Source: Planctomycetota bacterium | GTDB taxonomy: Bacteria > Planctomycetota > UBA8108 > SXIK01 | Length of the DNA stretch: 64,000 nucleotides | Direction of reading: 5' to 3' | NCBI GenBank assembly: GCA_965223265.1 | Contig: OZ244999.1 | Location: 1,440,001 to 1,504,000, forward strand | In this document: one piece after another, positions 30,956 to 41,280 of the stretch | Position numbering within the stretch: the first letter of the stretch is position 1 | How the letters are laid out: every line of letters begins with the position of its first letter | Position numbers and translations under genes: made by a program | The notes under the pieces: model-generated | The model's input: only the letters and a program-made list of their open reading frames with translations | Databases searched by the model: none | Told to the model about the DNA's origin: nothing

Positions 30956-31236
30956 CGGAAAACGATGTGGAAGGCTAGGACTGGCGCCGCTTCTTCAGCT
31001 GCATTCTCTTCTCGTTTTGGTCCTTGTCGGTGCGGTCAGCCGTTGTGAGGTTCAAAGGTTTCCCGGGACGCCGGTACTCAACGCGTGCTCGACCTCATAG
31101 AATCTCTACAGACAGAGCGCCGCTTGCGGTTTCTCGTCCAGCACATCGTCATACCACCGTCGCGTCGGCGGAAGCAAGCTTGTCACCTTGATCGACGAAT
31201 CTGAGAATGATGTTCACCACCAGAGGCATTGCCACC

Positions 31237-33606
31237 ATGAGATCTCTTGTAGCCACTTTGAGTCTACTCTGCTGTCCGACGGCATTTGCTGACAGCGCCT
31301 GGCTAAACATGAGCCACGCCGCGGTCGTTTCGCGCGCCGACGCTGAGCCGGTCGAAGCTGTCGCGACCACCGTGCTGGTCGAAGAGCTCGAGCGCCGCGC
31401 GGGAGTCGAGCTGAAGCGAGTGACTCAATGGGATGGTACGCACAGCGCCATCGTCGTCACGACCCAGGATGGTGCCGACGCTTGGAAGCGCGCACCCCAG
31501 CAGCCATCCGCGGACGATGCGCCGGAGCTCCGCCCCGAGGGGTATCGACTGCTCGCAGACAATCGTAATCCGCAGGCGCCGGTCGTCTGGGTCATCGGTG
31601 CGGATCCGCGTGGCGCGCTCTACGGTGTTGGCGCGCTCCTGCGCAGCACGCGTTGGGGCGCCCAGCGTGTCGACGTCCCAGCGGATCTCGATGTTGCCAC
31701 GGCGCCGGTCTCCGAGATTCGCGGCCACCAACTTGGCTTTCGCGCGCGCGCGAACTCGTGGGATGCATGGACGCCGGAGCAGTTCGATCAGTACATCCGC
31801 GAGCTCGCTCTGTTCGGCATCAACTCCATCGAGAACATTCCGTTCGAAGACGAGCGCACCAACCCCCTCATGAAGCGCGATCGTCGCACGATGAACCGAG
31901 CGCTCAGTGGCATCTGCAAGCGCTACGGCCTCGATTATTGGGTGTGGACGCCCGCGGTCTTCGACTTGAACGACACGAAGCTGCGCACGCAGCTCTTGGA
32001 TCAGCATGAGGCGTTTTACAAGGATTGCAGCGAGCTCAGCGCGGTGTTTTTCCCTGGCGGTGACCCCGGAAACAACCCTGCCAAACTGGTGGTGCCTTTC
32101 CTCAAAGACGTCGCCTCTCGCCTCTTACCGATCCACCCGGAGGCGCGCGTTTGGCTGTCGTTTCAGCACTTTGACCGTGAGGACATCACGTTCGTGATCG
32201 ACTACCTCAAAGCGGAGGAGCCGAAGTGGTTCGGCGGCGTCGTTGCTGGTCCGTCGGCACCGCCGATCCCGCTGATTCGCCGCATTCTGCCGAAGCACGT
32301 TAAGTATCGCTTCTATCCCGACATCACGCACAACAAACTCTGTCAATACGAAGTCCCGTGGTGGGACCAAGCGTATGCTTTGACCCTCGGCCGCGAGGCG
32401 ATCAACCCGCGACCAGTCCAGTACGCGTACATCCACAACTGGTTCGCGCCTTACGGCAATGGTTTCATCAGCTACTCCGACGGCGTGCACGACGATCTGA
32501 ACAAGGCGGTGTGGAGCTCACTGGGCTGGGATCCTCGGACCGAAGTTCGTACGATTTTGAATGAGTACGCGCGTCTGTTTTTCGATCCTGGCGCAACCGA
32601 AGAGATCGCCGACGCCATCTTGGCTCTTGAGAATAACTGGCGCGGTTCGATCGCCGATAACGGCGCTGTCGAAGGGACGCTCCTGTTGTGGCAGCGACTC
32701 GAGTCGCGATTGCCGCGCCTCAAGAGCAATTGGCGCTGGCAGATGAATCTCGTGCGAGCCCACTACGACGCCTATATCCGGCGACGCGTCATTCGCGAGA
32801 GACGGCTGGAGAAGGAAGCAAACGCGTTGATGGCAGCGGCTGACGTGAGCGGCGCGGAAGCGGCAATGAACGCCGCACTGTCGACACTCTCTCGCGTCGA
32901 CAGCGACCCGACGAGCCCAGAGCTTCGCAAACGCATCGAAGCTCTCTGCGAAGATCTTTTCGATTCGATCGGGCTGCAGACTAGCGTCGACAAGTACCAT
33001 GCGAGTGGCGCGGAGCGCGGCGCGTTTCTCGACTTCGTAGACTATCCCATGAACAATCGCTGGTGGCTCGAAGATGAGTTCAAACGCATTCGCAGTTTCG
33101 ACTCTGAGGCGGCCAAAGTCGCTCGTCTCAAGGTGCTCGCAGAGTGGGAGAGTCCTGGTCCGGGGAGCTACTACGACGACGTGGGGCATACGGCGCGCTC
33201 ACCGCACGTGAAGCGCAGCAGGGAAGTCATCACCGAGCCGGGTGAGGAAGCCAACTCGGCGCCAACGCACTGGTGGTGGGATCAGGGCAAGAGCCGAGCC
33301 CGTCTGTCATGGCAGGTCAGCATGAACTGGCCGCAGGCAGTGGTCTACGAAGGACTCGAACCGGATGCCGAGTATTCAGTTCGCATGACAGGGCTCGGGA
33401 CGCTGATGCTCCGAATCGATGGTGAGCGCGTCGGCGTTGCGAAGCCCGAGCGTGTGGAGCTGGGAGAGTTTGTCGACATCACCGTGCCGCAAGGCGCGCT
33501 CGGAGATCGCAAGCTTGTGCTGACGTGGGATAACCCGACGGACGAAGGACATCTGAACTGGCGTCAGCGCTCGCGGCTCACCGAGATCTGGTTGCTCAAA
33601 CACTGA
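31237..33606 (+). CDS. Secreted putative glycoside hydrolase (GH20/GH67-like N-terminal domain + TIM-barrel-like core)
   Basis: Signal peptide; PEGYRL..VIGADPRGALYGVG motif; IRGHQLG; FFPGGDPG; YSDGVHDD. Confidence 0.62.
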   Translation: MRSLVATLSLLCCPTAFADSAWLNMSHAAVVSRADAEPVEAVATTVLVEELERRAGVELKRVTQWDGTHSAIVVTTQDGADAWKRAPQQPSADDAPELRPEGYRLLADNRNPQAPVVWVIGADPRGALYGVGALLRSTRWGAQRVDVPADLDVATAPVSEIRGHQLGFRARANSWDAWTPEQFDQYIRELALFGINSIENIPFEDERTNPLMKRDRRTMNRALSGICKRYGLDYWVWTPAVFDLNDTKLRTQLLDQHEAFYKDCSELSAVFFPGGDPGNNPAKLVVPFLKDVASRLLPIHPEARVWLSFQHFDREDITFVIDYLKAEEPKWFGGVVAGPSAPPIPLIRRILPKHVKYRFYPDITHNKLCQYEVPWWDQAYALTLGREAINPRPVQYAYIHNWFAPYGNGFISYSDGVHDDLNKAVWSSLGWDPRTEVRTILNEYARLFFDPGATEEIADAILALENNWRGSIADNGAVEGTLLLWQRLESRLPRLKSNWRWQMNLVRAHYDAYIRRRVIRERRLEKEANALMAAADVSGAEAAMNAALSTLSRVDSDPTSPELRKRIEALCEDLFDSIGLQTSVDKYHASGAERGAFLDFVDYPMNNRWWLEDEFKRIRSFDSEAAKVARLKVLAEWESPGPGSYYDDVGHTARSPHVKRSREVITEPGEEANSAPTHWWWDQGKSRARLSWQVSMNWPQAVVYEGLEPDAEYSVRMTGLGTLMLRIDGERVGVAKPERVELGEFVDITVPQGALGDRKLVLTWDNPTDEGHLNWRQRSRLTEIWLLKH

Positions 33607-33773
33607 CGTGACGGGAGATCCAGCGATTGGCGTGTGATTCCAGCAGACTGGAATTTCACGTTGAGGCATCGCTCTTGGTCGTCTCGATCTTGGATGCTAC
33701 GGCTGCTCTGGGCGAGAAAAGGTCGTCTTTCGCGTAGGTTGTTCCGGTGGCAAGAAATCCAACCAGATTTTTT

Positions 33774-33800
33774 TCTACCATTCGACGCCGCAAACGTCTG
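33774..33800 (+). promoter_or_regulatory. Candidate ECF-type (auto)promoter
   Basis: CTACC-N15-CGTCT just upstream of the sigma start; CGTC -10 elements are common for ECFs. Single instance only. Confidence 0.3.
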
Positions 33801-33811
33801 TCAGTGAGTCC

Positions 33812-34399
33812 ATGACGACTTGGACCCCAGAGATGACAGAAGCTCGCGAGCCGTCCGGTTCGCACGCACCGAGGACCGCCCTGCGACCGGAGCCACCGCT
33901 GTTGCGAGAGCCATCGGACGTGCCAGCGTCGATCCTAGAGCACGCCACGCGCGTCTACCGGTTTGCTTTGCGGCTGACGGGAGACTCGAATGACGCTGAA
34001 GACCTCACCCAAGAGACGCTTTTGCGAGCCTGGAGACGCAAGCATCGGCTCCGTCAGCCGGAGGCAGCGCGCACGTGGCTGCTCCGCATTGCTGCGAATG
34101 CGTGGCGCGATCAACTGCGACGCGCTGCTCGGCGGCTCGCAAGTCGTTCGGAAGACTCGAGCGAACCCATTGACGAGGATTCTCCTGAACAGATTTTGCA
34201 GCAGCGCGAGGAGCTTGGCGAAGTGCTGTTGGAGATCGATCAGCTCCCACCTCGCCAGCGCCAAGTCCTCTACCTGTCTGCCTTCGAGGATCTCTCTCAG
34301 AAAGAGATCGCCCGCGTTCTTGGAATCAACCGCAGTGCGGTCAAGTCCAGCTTGGCGGTGGCAAGGGCGACGCTGCGTGAGAAATTCATAGATCCGTGA
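33812..34399 (+). CDS. ECF RNA polymerase sigma factor
   Basis: DAEDLTQETLLRAW, TWLLRIAAN, LPPRQRQV..LSQKEIARVLGI..VKS. Confidence 0.93.
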   Translation: MTTWTPEMTEAREPSGSHAPRTALRPEPPLLREPSDVPASILEHATRVYRFALRLTGDSNDAEDLTQETLLRAWRRKHRLRQPEAARTWLLRIAANAWRDQLRRAARRLASRSEDSSEPIDEDSPEQILQQREELGEVLLEIDQLPPRQRQVLYLSAFEDLSQKEIARVLGINRSAVKSSLAVARATLREKFIDP

Positions 34400-34406
34400 G
34401 TCAGCT

Positions 34407-34892
34407 GTGAGCGACCAACCCAAAGATCTCGATGATCTCCTTGACCGCGCCCGGGGTGAGCTCGAGTCGCTTCCGACTGCGTTCGTGTGCCGGCTTGAGG
34501 CTCAACTGCGCCAAGCGGATCGTTGCCGAAATCGGCGTCGCCGCGTCGCGGTCACTTTCGCTATGTTGTGCCTTTGTGCGATGGCGCTCTGCACATTTCT
34601 GCGCCTCGACATGAAAACTCCTCGCCAACACCTCGGCCACGAAACGAAAGGTGAGCGTGAGCTCGATGCCCGTCCAAACACCGCTTCGGACGAGCCGTCT
34701 ACACGGGATAAGGCCACGCACGCTGCCTCTGTGCAGCCTAAGACAGGCGTGGAAGTGAACTTTCACGGATCGACTGACTTGATTGCGATGCCTATGGAGA
34801 CTGAGTCTCGCTCCGTCACTCTGTTCTTTGTCTATCCTGCGGTTAACCATGACCCATCGGGCGACGCTTCCCCGATCCCGCACGATGAGTGA
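34407..34892 (+). CDS. Putative single-TM anti-sigma factor
   Basis: Directly follows the ECF gene; short N-terminus, RRRR followed by a hydrophobic helix, small C-terminal extension. Confidence 0.65.
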   Translation: MSDQPKDLDDLLDRARGELESLPTAFVCRLEAQLRQADRCRNRRRRVAVTFAMLCLCAMALCTFLRLDMKTPRQHLGHETKGERELDARPNTASDEPSTRDKATHAASVQPKTGVEVNFHGSTDLIAMPMETESRSVTLFFVYPAVNHDPSGDASPIPHDE

Positions 34893-34915
34893 AGCACGCC
34901 CAAACTGGAGGATCT

Positions 34916-35902
34916 ATGCAATTCATTTCCGCTTCGAACCTGTTCGTGCTTTCCCTGGCGATCTCAATTGGTTTGCCGACGCTTGCTTTCGAACGTTCTG
35001 TCGTCGTCGCGCAGGAGGCGGCGCAACAGTCGACGACGGACAGTCAGCCCGTTCCGCCTGCGCGCGCGCGCCGAAGCTCTCCAGAACGGGAGACGGTCAT
35101 TTTCCGCTTGCGATATGGAGACGTTCAATACATCGCCGAGGCGGTCAGCAAGGTCGGCGGCGGCGCTTTGATCGTACCCCACCTGCCGACGAACTCGTTG
35201 GTTGTTCAAGGGACAAAGAAACAGATTCCTGCCGTTCGCGACCTGATCAAAGAGCTGGACACGCGGGCTGGACTAGCGCAGTCGGAAGGGCGTAGGGTGC
35301 AGGTGTTCCAACTTAAGAACATACGCGCCGATCAGACCGTTCTGAATGCGCTCCGGTTGACACTCTCGCGCGGAAATATTGTTGCCGATGAAAAGCGAAA
35401 CTTCGTCATCGTCGCTGGCGATGACGAGGAAGTTGGACGTGTGAATTCTCTGCTTCAGGCTCTCGACGCCCCCCAGCCGTCAGCCGAGAAGATCTCGCCG
35501 AGGAAACTCCGGATTGCATGGCTCATCGACCAACAGAACGATCGTGCCCAAAACGTCGCGCTCCCAGACGACCTCAAGAAGGTAGGGAGCGAGCTCGAGC
35601 GTTTCGGTTTCGAGAATCCCTCTCTAACGGCACACCTCATGATTCAGACCGTGGACGGCGGCAATTTCGAGGTGCAAAGCACGCTGGAGGTCAACGGTCA
35701 GGCGCGCGAAATCCGTGTCGTGGGCAGTGTCGAACAGCGGCCAGGGAAAGAACCCCTTGTGAACATTTCGATCTCGACTCTCCCTGAGCCCAAGTCCCGC
35801 ATCAGCACCGGAATCATCGCACCGCCGAATCATCCGGTCGTCTTGTGTGTGAGTCCCACGGGCAAGAATCAGTCGGTTTTTGTCGTTGAGGTCATCGAGT
35901 GA
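34916..35902 (+). CDS. Secreted protein with secretin N-domain-like repeats, no secretin barrel
   Basis: GGAGG RBS and signal peptide; VIFRLRY..TNSLVVQGT..DLIKELD and VFQLKN..DEKRNFVIVAG..LLQALD. Confidence 0.75.
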   Translation: MQFISASNLFVLSLAISIGLPTLAFERSVVVAQEAAQQSTTDSQPVPPARARRSSPERETVIFRLRYGDVQYIAEAVSKVGGGALIVPHLPTNSLVVQGTKKQIPAVRDLIKELDTRAGLAQSEGRRVQVFQLKNIRADQTVLNALRLTLSRGNIVADEKRNFVIVAGDDEEVGRVNSLLQALDAPQPSAEKISPRKLRIAWLIDQQNDRAQNVALPDDLKKVGSELERFGFENPSLTAHLMIQTVDGGNFEVQSTLEVNGQAREIRVVGSVEQRPGKEPLVNISISTLPEPKSRISTGIIAPPNHPVVLCVSPTGKNQSVFVVEVIE

Positions 35903-35921
35903 GGTTTGCCCAGTCGGTGTT

Positions 35922-36836
35922 TCACTTGTACGGATTCCACACTTCCTTGCCGCTTCGGTTGATGTAGAACAGCTTGTGGTCATCTCCGACCAGTGCCAGT
36001 GATCCGGCGAAGTCGAACGACTTCGGATACCGGGGCTCGATGAGCATCTGCCCCTTCTGATCGATGTAGCCCCAACGGCCACGCGCTTTCACGGCTGCGA
36101 GACCGCTGGCGAAGCGTAGAGCCCAACTGAAGCGCGGTTCGATCATGAATGCGCCATGCGCATCGATGAAGCCGACTCCGTCGCCATACTGAACGCTGGC
36201 AAGACCCTCTGCGAAGTCGTAGGCCCAGTCGAATCGCGCCTCGATGACTTGCCGTCCCGCTCGATCGATGAAACCCCATTTGTCCCCGGCCCAAACGCGC
36301 GCTCTGTTCGCCGAAAAGCTGAACGCCGACGGGTAGCGATGAGGCAGCGCAGCGGCTCCGGCGTCATCGACGTAGCTCCACAGGTTACCGCGCCGTACGC
36401 AGCCTCTTCCCTCCGAGAACGTTTGTGCTCCGTCCCACACCGCTGGAATCGCGAGCTTGCCGGTGGTGTCGACGTAGCCCCACTTCCCTTGCAGCTTGAC
36501 GCGGGCATGGCCGTCGTGGAACGCCGACGCCTTGGCGAAACGCGGCGCGATCACCAACATGCCGGTGGTGTCGACATAGCCCCATTTGTCGCTTTTCTTC
36601 ACCGCCGCGAAGCCGCCTGAAAAGCTTCCTGCCCAGTCGAAGTCGGGTGCAATCACCATGCGTCCTGACTTGTCAATGAAGCCGCATTTCCCCCGTTCGC
36701 GGATGCAGGCTCGACCCTCGGCGAACGGAAATGCCTGGGTGTATCGGTGGGGGATGACGAGCTCACCGCGGGCGTCGATATAACCGTACTTACCATCGAT
36801 CCCGACGGGAAAGAGCTCGAGTTCTTCGTTGGTCAT
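35922..36836 (-). CDS. WG (KWG) repeat protein
   Basis: Start MTNEELELF with GGAGG/AAGGAG upstream; about 8 repeats of KWG(Y/F)(I/V)DxxGxxxIxPxFxxAxxFxEGxAxV. Confidence 0.9.
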   Translation of the reverse strand: MTNEELELFPVGIDGKYGYIDARGELVIPHRYTQAFPFAEGRACIRERGKCGFIDKSGRMVIAPDFDWAGSFSGGFAAVKKSDKWGYVDTTGMLVIAPRFAKASAFHDGHARVKLQGKWGYVDTTGKLAIPAVWDGAQTFSEGRGCVRRGNLWSYVDDAGAAALPHRYPSAFSFSANRARVWAGDKWGFIDRAGRQVIEARFDWAYDFAEGLASVQYGDGVGFIDAHGAFMIEPRFSWALRFASGLAAVKARGRWGYIDQKGQMLIEPRYPKSFDFAGSLALVGDDHKLFYINRSGKEVWNPYK

Positions 36837-36859
36837 CGGCTGCGCGCTCCTTCCTCCGC

Positions 36860-37816
36860 TTAATCTAACCAACCGCTGCCGCCGCGCTTGTAGAACCCTG
36901 CGATCGGGGCGTGTGGCCGAATCCTCTCTTCCAGGGCCTTCTGCTCGGGAGCCGACATCGGCTTGAACTCGCGCGCTATGCGGACGTTGTCTCGCAGCTG
37001 CTCCACGGTCTCGACGCCGACGATTGCCGTGTGGACGTCTTGGGACAGAGCGTACGTCAAAAGCGGGTCCATCTCCGTGAAGCCGCATTCGCTGAACAAA
37101 CGGCCGCGGCCAGAAACCTTCATGGCGACCACTCCTATGCTGCGCCGCTTTGCTTCCTCCCAAACCGGCTTGAACGGCCGGTGGTAGCGATCCGCGGGGT
37201 TGACGGGTAGGAGAATTGTGTCAAGGTCGGCACGTCGCATCATCTCGATCATAGGTTCCGGAAGGTAGTGTCCCGAGATGCCGATGAAACGCGTCATGCC
37301 TTGCTCTTTGGCGCTCTGGATAACTTCGAGGAGGCCTCCCTTCTTGCAGATGCGCTCGACGTCCTCCGCATTACGGACGCGATGAATGTTGAGGTTGTCG
37401 ACACGATCGGTTCGAAGCAGCTTGAGGCTGCGTTCAATTTTGCGTTTGGCCTCGTCGGGGTCGCGAGGGTCCACCTTCGTCGAGATGAACGCTTCTTTGC
37501 GTCGTCCGTCGAGTGCCTGACCGATGTATTTCTCCGACGGATAGTAGAGCTCCGCAGTGTCGAAATAGTTGACGCCGAGGTTCAGAGCTGTCTGAACGAG
37601 CTCTTCGGCGGCTGCATCATTGTTCTCTCGGCTGAGTACATGTTCACCCCCGAGCCCGACGATGGTCACTCGAGCGCCCGTTCGACCGAGCACGCGCTGC
37701 GGCAGCGAGTGTACGGTCGCCTCTTGGCTCACCAGCGGAGAGGTCGGTACGCACGCCGCCACAGTGATCGCCCCTGAAACCTTCAGGAATTTTCGGCGTG
37801 GAACGGGTTCCTTCAT
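36860..37816 (-). CDS. Aldo/keto reductase with Tat signal
   Basis: RRKFLK Tat motif; LGRTG, GVNYFDTA..Y, STK, IGISGH, VAMK. Confidence 0.92.
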   Translation of the reverse strand: MKEPVPRRKFLKVSGAITVAACVPTSPLVSQEATVHSLPQRVLGRTGARVTIVGLGGEHVLSRENNDAAAEELVQTALNLGVNYFDTAELYYPSEKYIGQALDGRRKEAFISTKVDPRDPDEAKRKIERSLKLLRTDRVDNLNIHRVRNAEDVERICKKGGLLEVIQSAKEQGMTRFIGISGHYLPEPMIEMMRRADLDTILLPVNPADRYHRPFKPVWEEAKRRSIGVVAMKVSGRGRLFSECGFTEMDPLLTYALSQDVHTAIVGVETVEQLRDNVRIAREFKPMSAPEQKALEERIRPHAPIAGFYKRGGSGWLD

Positions 37817-38214
37817 GTGTGCCTCCTTCGTCCTTTCAAGTTCAGTTGGGGTGCATCCTGGGTGTGTGTCGTCACCTCGAAAAACTCATCAAGAAGTGTA
37901 CTCTACGCGGCGATGAATGCGCGTGGCGATTTTTCGTGCTCGAGACATGGCCGCTCGTCGAGGACTGGCCACCTCGCAGAGCACCTCGACCGCGATAGCT
38001 CACGGGATATTTCGGTGAGCCGGCGTGACACAGGAGCGGTCGCCCCAATGTTGCGCGTGCCTTCGACTCCGTGCGGATCGTCCGACGCCTTTCTTTTCTT
38101 GCGATCGAAGGATTCCGTGCCGTAGAACGAAAGTGTCACCAATGCCGTCGCGAAAGGCAAGGCGGCGTTGAGCGCTTAGATGAATTCCTCGTGGCTTCGA
38201 TCTGGAGACTCATT

Positions 38215-39456
38215 ATGCCGCTCCATTCGTTGACTCTTCTCCTGTTCTTTGTAACGAGCACTGCACTGTCTGCCGAGTGGCCTCAGTTTCGCGGTCCGGA
38301 TGGACAAGGACACTCTGACGCTCAAGGGTTGCCGCTTCGATGGAGCGAAACGGAGAACATCACTTGGAAGACGCGGATCCCGGGCGAAGGCTGGTCGTCA
38401 CCCGTCATTTGGGGCGATCAAATCTGGATGACAAGCGCGTCCGAGAAGGGAAAATCGCTGCGTGCCGTTTGTGTCAAACGCTCCGATGGTCGCGTCCTTC
38501 ATGACGTCGAGGTGCTACGGCCGGAAGCGCCTGGTTCGCATCATGAGCAAAACGGCTTCGCGTCACCGACGCCCGTGCTCGACGGAGAGCGTGCTTTCGC
38601 TCACTTCGGGCCGCGCGGGACGGTTTGTCTGAGCACGCACGGCGAGATCCTCTGGAAGAACGTTGAACTTCAGTACTCGGCCCTGCAAGGCGCGGCAAGC
38701 TCGCCGATTTTGCACGGTGAGCGTCTCATCCTCACGTGTGACGGCACAGACCATCAGTTCTTGGTGGCTCTGAACAAGCGCACCGGACGCATCGAATGGA
38801 AGCAGCCCAGGCAGCATCTCGAAGCGGCGGCGAAAAAGCACGCCATCGCGAAGATGGCGTACTCGACGCCGCTCGTTTCGAACGTCGCTGGCGTCCAGCA
38901 GCTCGTGAGCACGGGCGCCGACCACGTCGCCGCTTATGACGTCGAGACCGGGAAGGAGCTCTGGTGGATGCCGTACGACGGCTTTTCTTTGGTCGCACGT
39001 CCGTCGTATGGTAACGGCCTATTCTACGTTGTGGGATCGATCACGCTCGATCATCATGCCGTCTATGCTGTGCGTCCGGGCGCGGGGCAGCTCCAGGGCG
39101 ATCAGATCGTTTGGCAGCGTTCCGTCGGCATTCCGCACGTGCCGTCGCCTCTCTTGGTTGGAGAGGAACTCTTCGTGGTGCACGACCGCGGCGTCGCGAC
39201 TTGCCTCAATGCCATGACCGGAGAGGTTCACTGGCGCGAACGGCTGGGCGGTAACTACCGTGCATCGCCGATCGAAGTCCGCGGTCGCGTCTACATCACC
39301 AATCAGGAGGGGAAGACGTTCGTGCTGACGGCGGGGAAAGAGTTCAAGGTCTTAGCGACGAATGATCTCGACGGAACATTTTTCGCGTCTCCGGCGGTGG
39401 CAGGCAAAGCGCTGTTTTTGAGGAGCGACACTCACCTGTACCGAGTTGAGGGGTGA
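38215..39456 (+). CDS. PQQ-like beta-propeller protein (BamB-like repeats)
   Basis: EWPQFRGPDGQG..WSETENITWK..GWSSPV..ASP..LFLRS. Confidence 0.9.
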   Translation: MPLHSLTLLLFFVTSTALSAEWPQFRGPDGQGHSDAQGLPLRWSETENITWKTRIPGEGWSSPVIWGDQIWMTSASEKGKSLRAVCVKRSDGRVLHDVEVLRPEAPGSHHEQNGFASPTPVLDGERAFAHFGPRGTVCLSTHGEILWKNVELQYSALQGAASSPILHGERLILTCDGTDHQFLVALNKRTGRIEWKQPRQHLEAAAKKHAIAKMAYSTPLVSNVAGVQQLVSTGADHVAAYDVETGKELWWMPYDGFSLVARPSYGNGLFYVVGSITLDHHAVYAVRPGAGQLQGDQIVWQRSVGIPHVPSPLLVGEELFVVHDRGVATCLNAMTGEVHWRERLGGNYRASPIEVRGRVYITNQEGKTFVLTAGKEFKVLATNDLDGTFFASPAVAGKALFLRSDTHLYRVEG

Positions 39457-39481
39457 GGACCAGAACACGGGGCGGCAAGCG

Positions 39482-40021
39482 TCACTCGAAGGCACTGAAC
39501 TCCGGTCGATATCTCACGACGCCTGTGCGATGCTTCAACCCTCCAGGGCTCAACTCGAGGGCCATGAATGCGTCGTCGGGTGCTGTAAACTCGCACGTCA
39601 GTCCAATCGTCCGGGCCGGAACGAAGCCAAAACGTGGATAGTACTCGACATGCCCCAAAACGACGACGACGTTGTAGCCGAGTGTGCGACACTCGGTCAG
39701 CCCACGTCGCACGAGCTCTGAACCGACTCCCTGTCGTTGATAACTCGGGAGAACAGCGAGCGGTGCAAGTCCCATGGCGCGAAAACCATCGTCGGGCGGC
39801 TCGAGAGCGGCGTCGCTGAACAGTATGTGTCCGACGGTTTCACCGCCGATTTCGGCGACGAAGGAAATCGTCTGTGCCGTGCTCTCTCTCAAAGCATCGA
39901 CTAGATTCGCTTCTGCCGGCTGGCCGAACGCGGATTCATGGATGCGTCGGACCGCTTGACGGTCTCTTGATTCTTCTCGACGTACAAGCCGTTCGGTCTT
40001 GGGGCCGTTTTCGCTTGGCAT
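39482..40021 (-). CDS. GNAT N-acetyltransferase (YhbS-like)
   Basis: GHILFS, GLAPLAVLPSYQRQGVG, VVLGHVEYYPRFGF. Confidence 0.9.
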   Translation of the reverse strand: MPSENGPKTERLVRREESRDRQAVRRIHESAFGQPAEANLVDALRESTAQTISFVAEIGGETVGHILFSDAALEPPDDGFRAMGLAPLAVLPSYQRQGVGSELVRRGLTECRTLGYNVVVVLGHVEYYPRFGFVPARTIGLTCEFTAPDDAFMALELSPGGLKHRTGVVRYRPEFSAFE

Positions 40022-40266
40022 GTTGTCTCGATGTCGCACGATGTCGGCGGCTCGAAGCACTGTATGGAATGTCGACTGTTTATGATGCCATGCCGGAGAT
40101 CGCGGTCATACCGCCGAAGTCGGCGCAGAGTAGGGAATTCGGTTTTCGCTTGCTCTTTTAGTGGCGCTTGTCTCTCATGAGCGCATCTTGCTTGAGTCGT
40201 TTCGGTCGTGCAGCGTGCGGGTGCGATTCCGCTGCGGAAGCCGACTAAATTTTTGGAGGTGCCCGA

Positions 40267-41193
40267 ATGGCAGAAAGCGACCGGTTCCTCCTCTCGAATG
40301 CTCCGCAGCATTGGCCAGGTTTGGCGTTCGACGATTTCCACGCTGGCGAACACGTCGCCAACGCGGTCAAATTCGCGACGAGCTTGAAGCATGGCTTCGA
40401 GCGCGCCGATGCCGACGTGCACCTCGATTCGCTCTACACGTCCCTTCTCGCCGACGACGGCGTTTTGGAGCTGCTCGCCGTTGTTTTTGATGAAGGTGCG
40501 AAGGTCCCGGTTTTTTTCTACGACGCCGACGACGCCCATGCATCGGAGCACTTCGCCGGTGTGGCACTCGTTCTCCGGAGCCTTGGATGGGCTGCGCCGG
40601 TTTACTATTCGATGAAGGCATTGACAGAGTCCGCGGCTCCAACGAACCCTTTGCGGCCGTTCGGCGTCGACCTGTTGAAAGCGACGGAAGGAAGCGTGTC
40701 GGACGGGCCGTTTGCCGTCTGGTGGAACTCGGATGACGGCGAGCACGATCTCCTTGGCTCCTCCGCGCACAAAGCCATCCGGTCGACCTACGAGGCGCTG
40801 GACGGTTTCACATCGTATGTCTTCGCCGCCCTCATGAGATCGTTGGGTGCAATCGAGAAAAACGTCGCGCGAGCGCAGCTCCCAGACGAACTCGTGACGT
40901 GGACTGTGGCAGGACCGGAGAGCCTCGACATCGTGCTCTCCGCGTGTGCTGAGAAGGGAATTCGTTTTCACTTCAACACGAGCGAAACAACGGCAATCCA
41001 AAGAGATCGTTTTCTCAAGCTCTTCAGCCGTTTTGTGAAGGAATGTCGTGCTGTCGCGGAGAAGAACAATTTCGACCTCGATCCAGACTCGGAGCGGCAG
41101 GCGCTGCCATGGTTCCGACTCTGTGAAAAAGAGTGGGAAGAGAGCGGGCGAAAAGGCGAGAAGCCGAACTTTGTGGGTGTGCTCGGGGCGTGA
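40267..41193 (+). CDS. Hypothetical protein
   Basis: 308-aa ORF with GGAGG RBS and normal composition; no recognised motif. Confidence 0.7.
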   Translation: MAESDRFLLSNAPQHWPGLAFDDFHAGEHVANAVKFATSLKHGFERADADVHLDSLYTSLLADDGVLELLAVVFDEGAKVPVFFYDADDAHASEHFAGVALVLRSLGWAAPVYYSMKALTESAAPTNPLRPFGVDLLKATEGSVSDGPFAVWWNSDDGEHDLLGSSAHKAIRSTYEALDGFTSYVFAALMRSLGAIEKNVARAQLPDELVTWTVAGPESLDIVLSACAEKGIRFHFNTSETTAIQRDRFLKLFSRFVKECRAVAEKNNFDLDPDSERQALPWFRLCEKEWEESGRKGEKPNFVGVLGA

Positions 41194-41280
41194 CCATCGT
41201 CGATTCAGGACGGCGCCGTTGTGAGTTTCGCCACCGCATCCGTAGGGTGTAGGCGTCTCGTCCGTTGTGAGGGTGCGTTC

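Noticed and set aside
38106-38136. Third CGAAGGATT occurrence upstream of a PQQ gene
   Set aside because: Lacks the CG(G/T)CAATAC element at the 11-nt spacing.
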